DNA of 32,000 nucleotides, taken from the NCBI RefSeq assembly GCF_001457595.1, contig NZ_LN831039.1, forward strand, positions 5,700,001 through 5,732,000. The letters are read 5' to 3'. The position numbers and the translations under genes are program-made. Of the stretch, positions 24,901-32,000 are shown in pieces. The notes beneath the pieces were generated by a model. It had not been told where the DNA came from. It made no database searches and saw only the letters and a list, made by a program, of their open reading frames with translations. This DNA comes from Mycolicibacterium smegmatis (GTDB taxonomy: Bacteria; Actinomycetota; Actinomycetes; Mycobacteriales; Mycobacteriaceae). How positions within the stretch are numbered: the stretch's first letter is position 1; every line of letters begins with the position of its first letter.

Positions 24901-25746
24901 CTAGGGCTGCGTTATGGCCGCACGGAAGTTGTCGTCTTTGAGGAACAGCGAGGTGTTGTCGGCCCCGAGGTGGGTCCAGCGCAGGTTGAGCCCACCGTCG
25001 ACCAGCAGGGTCTGGCCCGTGACGTAGTTGGACAGATCCGACAGTAGGAACAGGATGGCGCCGGCCTGCTCGTCGGGCGTTCCGCGCCGGCCCATCGCGA
25101 TCGCGCGCCCGTCGCGCTCGGGATCGGCGTCGACATATGTTGCCGAAGCGGCGGTTTCGGTGACGCCGGGTGCGACGGCGTTGACACGGATACCGGCCGC
25201 CGCGAGTTCCACGGCCATGGTGCGCGTGGCGGCGACGATCGCGGCTTTCGCGGTGCCATAGGCGATGTGGAACGGCGCGGTGTTCATACCGCTGATCGAG
25301 GACACCGACACGATCGATCCCGGGTCGCCGTTGTCGCGGATCTCCGCCGCGACGGCCTGGCTCATGAAGAACATCGTCTCGAGGTTGGCGGTGAACAACT
25401 CCCGCCAGTCGGCGCGTGAGACCCGCGTGGCAGGCATCCACGTGGACGGCGCCGCCCCGCCCGCGACGTTGACCAGGCCGTAGAGCCTGCCGTCGGTGCG
25501 CCGCACGGCGTCGAGCACGGTGGCGATGCCGTCATCGGTGGACGCGTCGGCCGCCACGGTCACCACCGAGAGTCCCTTGTCGGCCAACGGACCCACGTGC
25601 GTGTCGAGGTTGTCCTGTGAACGACTGACCGCCACAACCGTGGCGCCCGCCTCGGCGGCCATGCGCGTGACGGTGGTGCCGATGCCGCCGCCACCGGCAC
25701 CCGACACCACCACGATGCGGCCGTCGAGGTTCAGCAGTTTGTCCAT
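24901..25746 (-). CDS. short-chain dehydrogenase/reductase (SDR)
   Basis: MDKLLNLDGRIVVVSGAGGGGIGTTVTRMAAEAGATVVAVSRSQDNLD...MNTAPFHIAYGTAKAAIVAATRTMAVELAAAGIRVNAVAPGVTETAAS. Confidence 0.9.
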   Translation of the reverse strand: MDKLLNLDGRIVVVSGAGGGGIGTTVTRMAAEAGATVVAVSRSQDNLDTHVGPLADKGLSVVTVAADASTDDGIATVLDAVRRTDGRLYGLVNVAGGAAPSTWMPATRVSRADWRELFTANLETMFFMSQAVAAEIRDNGDPGSIVSVSSISGMNTAPFHIAYGTAKAAIVAATRTMAVELAAAGIRVNAVAPGVTETAASATYVDADPERDGRAIAMGRRGTPDEQAGAILFLLSDLSNYVTGQTLLVDGGLNLRWTHLGADNTSLFLKDDNFRAAITQP

Positions 25747-25754
25747 GATGCTAT

Positions 25755-25766
25755 TTGTCCGGACAA
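25755..25766. promoter_or_regulatory. palindromic operator candidate, copy 1
   Basis: TTGTCCGGACAA perfect 12-bp palindrome, 9 nt upstream of the SDR start codon, inside shared motif TTGTCYGGACMACAT. Confidence 0.6.
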
Positions 25767-25772
25767 CATATG

Positions 25773-25795
25773 GTGCTCTTCATATTGAAGAACAC
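25773..25795. promoter_or_regulatory. imperfect inverted repeat in the divergent intergenic region
   Basis: GTGCTCTTCATATTGAAGAACAC, symmetric about 25784 with 9 of 11 pairs matching. Confidence 0.45.
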
Positions 25796-25849
25796 TATTC
25801 CGCAGGCATTATTCGGCCGTCAAGGGCGTCTACGGATACTTTCGATCTA

Positions 25850-25864
25850 TTGTCTGGACCACAT
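25850..25864. promoter_or_regulatory. operator candidate, copy 2 of the TTGTCYGGACMACAT motif
   Basis: TTGTCTGGACCACAT differs from copy 1 (TTGTCCGGACAACAT, 25755-25769) at two positions. Confidence 0.5.
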
Positions 25865-27491
25865 GCAGTTGCTAACGTCCGACACTGTGACTTCGCCGAT
25901 CTCCCTCGGAAACGCCGCGCCTGCCCGCTACACCGCGAATCCCTCGGTGGCCGAGGGCTGGCATCTGCGGCAGGTCACGGCGCCGAGCCGCCTGTTCGGG
26001 GCGAACGGCCTGCGCACGGGTCCGGACGGCCGGGTCTACGTCGCCCAGGTGACCGGCAGCCAGATCAGCGCCCTCGACATCGTCACCGGCGAGCTGCAGA
26101 CCGTGGCCGCCAGGGGTGGCGACATCATCGCGCCCGACGACGTCGCGTTCGACATCCGCGGCAACCTGTACGCCACCGAGGTCATGGACGGCCGGGTGAG
26201 TGTCCGCGAACCGAACGGCACCACGCGGGTGCTGCGCGACGACGTGCCGTCGGCCAACGGCATCACGTTCCACGAGGGCAGGCTGTTCATCGGCGAATGC
26301 CGCGAAGGCGGACGGCTTCTCGAGTTCGACCTGGCCGGCGGACCACCCCGTGTGCTGCTGGAGAACGTGCCGTCACCCAACGCCATGGAGGTCGGCCCCG
26401 ACGGGCTGCTCTACTTCCCGGTGATGGGCGCCAACGAGATCTGGCGCATCCACCCCGACGGCGGCACCCCTGAGGTGGTGGCCACGGGTCTGGGCGTGCC
26501 CGACGCGGTGAAGTTCGGCGCCGACGGACACCTTGTCTCCACGCAGGTCGCCAGTGGCCAGGTGCTGCGCATCGATCCACGCAGCGGTGAGCAGACCGTG
26601 CTGGCACAGCTCACACCCGGCCTGGACAACCTCACGTTCGCCGACGGGCGCCTGTTCGTCTCCAACTTCACCGGCGCCATCACCGAGATCATGGGCGACG
26701 GTACGACGCGGGATTTCCTCGGCGGTGGACTCAACTGGCCGCTGGACCTCACGGTCGGCGCCGACGGTGCGGTCTACGTCGCCGACGGCACGTACTTCTA
26801 CCGTGTCGGGCCCGACGGATCGCTCGACACCGTCGGCATGCTGTTCTCACCGGGCTACCCGGGCTTCCTGCGTGGCGTGATCGCAGGCGGTGCGGGCGAA
26901 TTCATCGTCACCACGGCCGCCGACACCGTCGCGCGCTACCGTCCGGGATCCGACGAGAGCGAGCCGCTCGCGGCCGGTGTCGACCAACCGTACGGCGTCG
27001 CACTCGCGCCGGACGGGACTGTGGTGGTCGTCGAGCAGGGCGCCGGGCGACTGCTCGCGGTGCGACCGGGATCCGTCGACCTACTCGCCGACGGTCTCGA
27101 CACCCCGGTGGGCGTGGCGATCGGGCCGGACGGCGCACCGCTGGTGTCGGTCGCGGGTGCCGTCCTGCGTGTCACCGGCACGGGCGTGGAACCTCTGGTG
27201 GACGGGTTGCACACGCCGCAGGGACTTCTCGTGCGCGACGGTGCGTTGTACCTCGTCGACGCGGGCAGCAAGGACCTGATCAGCGTCGACCTGACCACCG
27301 GCGTACGCACCACCATCGCGTCCGGACTGCCCGTCGGCCCGCCGCCCGGTGTGGTGCCCAAACCGCTCAAGGGCATGCCGCCGTTCTCCGGGCCGCAGGG
27401 CCCGTTCGCCGGGATCGCCGCGGGCCCCGATGGGACGCTGTACATCTCGGCCGACGGCGACGGCAGCGTGCTCGCGCTGCAACGCAGGTAG
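25863..27491 (+). CDS. SMP-30/gluconolactonase-like beta-propeller protein
   Basis: Repeated GPDGRVYVAQ / DIRGNLYATE / GPDGLLYFPV / GADGAVYVAD / GPDGTLYISA blades. Start is ATG 25863 or, more likely, GTG 25887, because copy 2 of the operator motif overlaps ATG 25863. Confidence 0.8.
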   Translation: MQLLTSDTVTSPISLGNAAPARYTANPSVAEGWHLRQVTAPSRLFGANGLRTGPDGRVYVAQVTGSQISALDIVTGELQTVAARGGDIIAPDDVAFDIRGNLYATEVMDGRVSVREPNGTTRVLRDDVPSANGITFHEGRLFIGECREGGRLLEFDLAGGPPRVLLENVPSPNAMEVGPDGLLYFPVMGANEIWRIHPDGGTPEVVATGLGVPDAVKFGADGHLVSTQVASGQVLRIDPRSGEQTVLAQLTPGLDNLTFADGRLFVSNFTGAITEIMGDGTTRDFLGGGLNWPLDLTVGADGAVYVADGTYFYRVGPDGSLDTVGMLFSPGYPGFLRGVIAGGAGEFIVTTAADTVARYRPGSDESEPLAAGVDQPYGVALAPDGTVVVVEQGAGRLLAVRPGSVDLLADGLDTPVGVAIGPDGAPLVSVAGAVLRVTGTGVEPLVDGLHTPQGLLVRDGALYLVDAGSKDLISVDLTTGVRTTIASGLPVGPPPGVVPKPLKGMPPFSGPQGPFAGIAAGPDGTLYISADGDGSVLALQRR

Positions 27492-27497
27492 GCGACG

Positions 27498-28235
27498 GTG
27501 ACCGTCTCCCCCGCCGAACACCGCTACCTGCAGGTGGCGCGCACGCTGCGCAAGGAGATCGTGGACGGCGTGTACCCCGTGGGCTCGCACCTGCCCACCG
27601 AGCACGAACTGTGTGAGCGTTTCGAGGTCAGCCGCTACACCATCCGCGAGGCGCTGCGGCGCCTGCGCGACGACAACCTGGTGGAGTCGCGTCCGCGCGC
27701 AGGCACCACGGTGGTGCCCCGACCCACGACCAACTCCTATGCGCAGGACGTCATGTCGATCAACGATCTGTTGGCGTTCGCGACCGGGGCGCAGTTCACG
27801 ATCGACTCCAACGCCATGGTCACCATCGACGACGAACTCGCCGAGCGCACCGGCCTTCCGGTCGACGAGGAATGGCTCGCGGTGCGGGGGTACCGGCAGG
27901 CCGAGGGCAACAAGCCGCCGGTGTGCCGCACCGAGTACTACATCAACCGGTCATTCGCCGCGGTCGGCCGGTTGTTGCAGCGCCACACCGGTCCGATCTT
28001 CCCGCTGATCGAGGATCTGTTCGGCGTCAGCGTCGTCGAGGTGCATCAACAGATCACCGCGGTGCTGGTGGACACCGATCTCGCCGAACTGCTCAAGGTC
28101 TCCCCCGGCACCGCCGCGCTGCAGATGCAGCGCACCTACACCACATCCGACGGTGAGATCGCGCAGGTGACCGTCAACACCCATCCCTCCGGCCGGTACC
28201 GGCACTCCATGACGATGCGCCGGGTCAAGGGCTGA
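27498..28235 (+). CDS. GntR-family transcriptional regulator, HutC/UTRA type
   Basis: YLQVARTLRKEIVDGVYPVGSHLPTEHELCERFEVSRYTIREALRRLRDDNLVESRPRAGTTVVPRP (wHTH), then UTRA-like C-terminus ...FPLIEDLFGVSVVEVHQQITAVLVDTDLAELLKVSPGTAALQMQRTYTTSDGEIAQVTVNTHPSGRYRHSM. Confidence 0.93.
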   Translation: MTVSPAEHRYLQVARTLRKEIVDGVYPVGSHLPTEHELCERFEVSRYTIREALRRLRDDNLVESRPRAGTTVVPRPTTNSYAQDVMSINDLLAFATGAQFTIDSNAMVTIDDELAERTGLPVDEEWLAVRGYRQAEGNKPPVCRTEYYINRSFAAVGRLLQRHTGPIFPLIEDLFGVSVVEVHQQITAVLVDTDLAELLKVSPGTAALQMQRTYTTSDGEIAQVTVNTHPSGRYRHSMTMRRVKG

Positions 28236-28236
28236 C

Positions 28237-29769
28237 ATGCGCGCCGAGGACGCCTACGAACGCGGGCTGTGGGTACGGACCACGCTGGCCGATACGCTCG
28301 CCGAGGCCGCGCGGGACACACCGCAACGGGTGCTGCTGATCGACGGAGACGTGCGGCTGACGTGCGCCGAACTGCACAGCCGGGCAAAGGCTCTCGCGCA
28401 CGACATGGCGGCCCGGATGCCCGCGGGCAGCGTGGTGTCGTTCATGCTGCCCAACTGGCACGAGGCCGCGATCGTCTACCTCGCGTCGACGCTGGCCGGT
28501 ATGGTGATCAACCCGATCCTGCCGTCGCTGCGCGACCACGAACTGCGGTTCATCCTCGACGACGCAGCAAGCCGCATGATCTTCATCCCCGGCGAGTTCG
28601 GGCAGCACGACTACGCCGCGATGCTGCAGCGGGTGTGTGCGCACCTGCCGACACCGCCGCAGGTGGTCGTGGTGCGTGGTGAGCCCGGACCGCACACGGC
28701 GTTCACGGCACTGGGTGCCCCGGGTGGCGATCTGCCTGCGCTCGACCCCGACTCCGTGCGCATGATGATGTACACCTCGGGCACCACCGGCCGCCCCAAA
28801 GGGGTCTTGCACAGCCACAATTCGATCCACGCGCTCATCTGTCAGCTGCGTGAGAACTGGATGATCGATCCGGGCGACACCTTCCTGGTGCCGTCACCCA
28901 TCGCCCACATCGGCGGCTCGATCTACGCGTTCGAATGCCCGCTGTTGCTCGGGACCACAGCCGTGCTGATGCAGCGGTGGAACGCCGACGACGGTGTGGT
29001 GCTCATGTCCGAACACCACTGCACCCACATGGCCGGGGCGACACCGTTTCTCGATCAACTGCTCAATGCCGCCGAGCGCGCGGGCACACGCCTGCCCGAT
29101 CTCAAGGTGTTCATCTGCGGCGGCGCGTCGGTGCCGCCTTCGCTCATCCGGCGTGCGTCGACCTGTTTCGAGAAGGCCGTGGTGAGCCGCGTGTACGGGT
29201 CCACCGAGGTGCCCGTCACCACCGTCGGATCGATCGAGCCCGGCGATGTCGAGCACGCCGCGTGCACCGACGGCCGGCCCGGCCTCGCCGAGATCCGGTT
29301 GGTGGACGGCGAGATCCGGGCGCGCGGGCCGCAGATGCTGCTGGGTTATCTGCATGCCGAGGACAACGCATTCGACGAGCAGGGTTTCTTTCGCACCGGG
29401 GACCTCGGCCGCTGGGTCGACGGCGACTACCTCACGGTCACCGGCCGCGCCAAGGACCTCATCATCCGCAACGGCGAGAACATCTCACCCAAGGAGATCG
29501 AGGACATCCTGGTCGGCGAGCTGGGTATCAACGAGATCGCCGTGGTGGGTCTGCCCGATGAGCGCACCGGTGAGCGGGCGTGCGCGGTGGTGGTCACCGA
29601 AGACGGTGCGCGACCCGACGTCTCGGCATTGGCCGAGGTGCTCACCAAGGCCGGAGTCGCCAAGTTCAAGATCCCCGAGCAGGTGGAGATCTGGGACGCC
29701 CTGCCCAGGAACGATGCGGGCAAGGTGCTCAAACACCAGATCCGGACACAGTTGTCGAAGGTGGAGTAG
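28237..29769 (+). CDS. acyl-CoA synthetase / AMP-dependent ligase
   Basis: VRMMMYTSGTTGRPKGVLHSHNSIHALI (AMP-binding), YGSTEVPVT, GDLGRWVDGDYLTVTGRAKDLIIRNGENISPKEIEDIL. Confidence 0.93.
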   Translation: MRAEDAYERGLWVRTTLADTLAEAARDTPQRVLLIDGDVRLTCAELHSRAKALAHDMAARMPAGSVVSFMLPNWHEAAIVYLASTLAGMVINPILPSLRDHELRFILDDAASRMIFIPGEFGQHDYAAMLQRVCAHLPTPPQVVVVRGEPGPHTAFTALGAPGGDLPALDPDSVRMMMYTSGTTGRPKGVLHSHNSIHALICQLRENWMIDPGDTFLVPSPIAHIGGSIYAFECPLLLGTTAVLMQRWNADDGVVLMSEHHCTHMAGATPFLDQLLNAAERAGTRLPDLKVFICGGASVPPSLIRRASTCFEKAVVSRVYGSTEVPVTTVGSIEPGDVEHAACTDGRPGLAEIRLVDGEIRARGPQMLLGYLHAEDNAFDEQGFFRTGDLGRWVDGDYLTVTGRAKDLIIRNGENISPKEIEDILVGELGINEIAVVGLPDERTGERACAVVVTEDGARPDVSALAEVLTKAGVAKFKIPEQVEIWDALPRNDAGKVLKHQIRTQLSKVE

Positions 29770-30543
29770 ATGCAGGTAGCCATCATCACGGGAGCCAGCA
29801 GCGGTATCGGGTTCGGTTGTGCCACAAAGCTCGCCGAAGCCGGTATGGCCGTGCTCGGGGTCGGCCGCGACAAGGAGCGTCTGGCCGAACTCGCGCAGAC
29901 GATCGACGCGCCGGACCGGGTGGCCACCCTGGCGCTCGACCTCACCGATGACGACGCCCCGCAACGCATCGTCGACGCCGCCGTCACGCGATGGGGCAAG
30001 GTCGACTTCCTGATCAACAACGCCGGTGTCGGCAGCCCCAAACCCCTGCACGAGACCGACGACGAATCCCTCGACTATTTCCTGGGTCTCATGCTGCGCG
30101 CGCCGTTCCGCCTGGCGCGCGACGTGATCCCGCACATGGGGCCGGGTTCGGCGATCATCAACGTGACGTCGACGTTCGCGGTGGTCGGCGGTCTGCGCGG
30201 CGGCGCTTACTCGGCCGCCAAGGGCGGACTCACCGCGCTCACCACCCACATCGCATGCCAGTACGGTGCACAGGGAATCCGCTGCAACGCCGTCGCACCC
30301 GGCGTCACCCTCACCCCGATGGTCGCGACGCGACTGGAAGACGACCGGTTCCGAAAGATCAACACCGAGATGACCCCGCACCAGCGCCTCGGCCGCGTCG
30401 AGGACGTCGCGAGCACCGTGGCGTTCCTGTGTTCTGAGGGCGGCAGCTTCATCAACGGGCAGACCATCGTCGTCGACGGCGGGTGGAGTTCGACGAAGTA
30501 CCTGTCCGACCACGCACTGAACTCGGATTGGGTTCCGCGGTGA
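29770..30543 (+). CDS. short-chain dehydrogenase/reductase (SDR)
   Basis: MQVAIITGASSGIGFGCATKLAEAGMAVLGVGRDKERLAEL...DFLINNAGVGSPKPLHETDDESLDYFLGL...YSAAKGGLTALTTHIACQYGAQGIRCNAVAPGVTLTPM. Confidence 0.93.
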   Translation: MQVAIITGASSGIGFGCATKLAEAGMAVLGVGRDKERLAELAQTIDAPDRVATLALDLTDDDAPQRIVDAAVTRWGKVDFLINNAGVGSPKPLHETDDESLDYFLGLMLRAPFRLARDVIPHMGPGSAIINVTSTFAVVGGLRGGAYSAAKGGLTALTTHIACQYGAQGIRCNAVAPGVTLTPMVATRLEDDRFRKINTEMTPHQRLGRVEDVASTVAFLCSEGGSFINGQTIVVDGGWSSTKYLSDHALNSDWVPR

Positions 30544-32000
30544 ACCTTTTCGGCCTGCTGGATCAGACCGCGGCACGCCACGGTGACCGGGGTGCGGTGT
30601 TCTGTGGTGAGCGTGAGCTGTACACGTGGACACAACTGCGTGACCGCGCGGCCCGTCTGGGTTCTACGCTCACCGAACCCGGCACACGCGTCGCGGTGGC
30701 GAGTGAGAACCGGCCCGAGATCATCGAGATCATGTTCGGGGTGTGGGCCGCCGAGTGTGTGTACGTGCCCATCAACTACAAGCTGCACCCGCGGGAGATG
30801 GCCGACATCCTCGCCGATTCCGGTGCGGCGCTGGTGTTCGCGTCACCGAAGATCGCACCCGGGCTTTTTGAGGTCACCGACGTTCCCGTCGAGGTCGTCG
30901 GCACCGACGCCTACACGCAGCGGTTCGAATCCGAGCCGGTGCCGGCGCCGCTGACCGATCCGGCCGAGCTCGCGTGGCTGTTCTACACGAGCGGCACCAC
31001 CGGTAAGTCCAAGGGCGCCATGCTCTCCCACCGCAACCTCATGGCGATGACGGTGGCGCATCTGGCGGATTTCGACGCGCCCGACGAGTTCTGCAGCCTG
31101 GTGCACGGCGCGCCGATGTCCCACGGGTCGGGGCTGTACATCCCGCCGTACGTGCTACGCGGTGCGCGCCAGGTGATCCCGGAATCGGGCGCGTTCGAAC
31201 CCGACGAGTTCCTGGACCTGTGCGATCACCATCCCGGTTGCAGCGCGTTCCTGGCACCGACCATGGTGCAGCGGCTCATCCAGACCGGACGGCCGAGGCC
31301 CGCGAATCTGCGGACCGTGGTCTACGGCGGCGGGCCGATGTACGTCGACAGCCTCAAGAAGGCGCTCGCGGCGTACGGGCAGATCTTCGTGCAGCTCTAC
31401 GGGCAGGGCGAGGCGCCCATGACCATCACGGGCCTGCGCCGCGACGACCACCTCGATGCCGACGACGCGACGCTGGGCTCGGTGGGGTATCCCCGCTCGG
31501 GTGTCCAGGTTGCGGTGCTGCGCGCCGACGGCACGCCCGCCGACATCGGCGAGATCGGCGAGATCGTGTGCCGCGGTGACGTCGTCATGAGCGGTTACTG
31601 GAACAACCCGGAGGCCACCGCAGCCACGCTCAAGGACGGGTGGCTGCACACCGGCGACATGGGCTCGTTCGACGCGCGTGGCCACCTCACACTGCGCGAC
31701 CGGTCCAAGGACGTCGTGATCAGCGGCGGCAGCAACATCTATCCCCGCGAGGTCGAGGAGGTCCTGCTCGAGCACCCCGGCGTGGTCGAGGCCGGCGTCG
31801 TCGGCGCGCCCGATGCCGAGTGGGGCGAGATCGTGGTGGCGTTCGTCGTCACCAACGGGACCCCGGTGGACGCGGCCGCACTCGACGCGCACCTGCTGGA
31901 ACGCATCGCGCGGTTCAAGCGCCCCAAGCGGTACGAGTTCATCGATGCGCTGCCCAAGAACAGTTACGGCAAGGTGCTCAAGCGTGAACTCCGCGAGCGG
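30540..32000 (+). CDS. acyl-CoA synthetase / AMP-dependent ligase, 3'-partial (runs off window)
   Basis: Not in the supplied ORF track. GTG 30540 overlaps the SDR stop (GTGA); translation VNLFGLLDQTAARHGDRGAVFCGERELYTWTQLRDR...LAWLFYTSGTTGKSKGAMLSHRNLMAM...LHTGDMGSFDARGHLTLRDRSKDVVISGGSNIYPREVEEVLLEHPG...LPKNSYGKVLKRELRE, open to the last base. Confidence 0.93.
   Translation, partial: MNLFGLLDQTAARHGDRGAVFCGERELYTWTQLRDRAARLGSTLTEPGTRVAVASENRPEIIEIMFGVWAAECVYVPINYKLHPREMADILADSGAALVFASPKIAPGLFEVTDVPVEVVGTDAYTQRFESEPVPAPLTDPAELAWLFYTSGTTGKSKGAMLSHRNLMAMTVAHLADFDAPDEFCSLVHGAPMSHGSGLYIPPYVLRGARQVIPESGAFEPDEFLDLCDHHPGCSAFLAPTMVQRLIQTGRPRPANLRTVVYGGGPMYVDSLKKALAAYGQIFVQLYGQGEAPMTITGLRRDDHLDADDATLGSVGYPRSGVQVAVLRADGTPADIGEIGEIVCRGDVVMSGYWNNPEATAATLKDGWLHTGDMGSFDARGHLTLRDRSKDVVISGGSNIYPREVEEVLLEHPGVVEAGVVGAPDAEWGEIVVAFVVTNGTPVDAAALDAHLLERIARFKRPKRYEFIDALPKNSYGKVLKRELRER

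Noticed and set aside
23533-25047. 504-aa plus-strand ORF
   Set aside because: Antisense to the Rieske oxygenase, whose metal-ligand motifs are clear on the minus strand.
1-32000. CRISPR array, toxin-antitoxin, restriction-modification or other defence system, or insertion sequence
   Set aside because: No regularly spaced repeats, transposase, integrase, nuclease or methyltransferase motifs were recognised in any frame.

Overview
This 32 kb window is high-GC actinobacterial chromosome, most consistent with Mycobacterium/Mycolicibacterium: there is an MPT63-like secreted protein, a CmtR-like regulator, GTG starts and dense 4-nt gene overlaps. From left to right it holds: (1) the end of an apparently foreign segment, with an ORF open to the window start and an isolated 3' tRNA fragment that looks like an att site; (2) a CmtR/ArsR-type regulator with a 38-bp near-palindromic operator, a CDF-like transporter, and a two-subunit cytochrome bd-type oxidase; (3) a small secreted Gly/Pro/His-rich protein with a strong intrinsic terminator; (4) a thiolase, a carotenoid-cleavage-dioxygenase-family protein and a regulator with two HxlR domains in tandem; (5) an Hsp20 gene with a near-perfect CIRCE element; (6) assorted housekeeping/accessory genes (GNAT, membrane protein, cupin_5, BKACE, VOC, MPT63-like); (7) the main item of interest, a bidirectional catabolic cluster of about 18.7 kb (13331 to past 32000). 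Its leftward arm has 11 genes, mostly translationally coupled: SDR, Rieske oxygenase, LLM flavin enzyme, Baeyer-Villiger monooxygenase, SDR, CoA-transferase, two ACAD pairs and enoyl-CoA hydratase. Its rightward arm has a beta-propeller lactonase-like protein, a GntR/UTRA regulator, a CoA ligase, an SDR and a second CoA ligase. The divergent intergenic region carries two copies of a TTGTCYGGACMACAT motif and a further inverted repeat. The substrate cannot be determined from sequence. All family calls come from reading the translated proteins; no database search was run.
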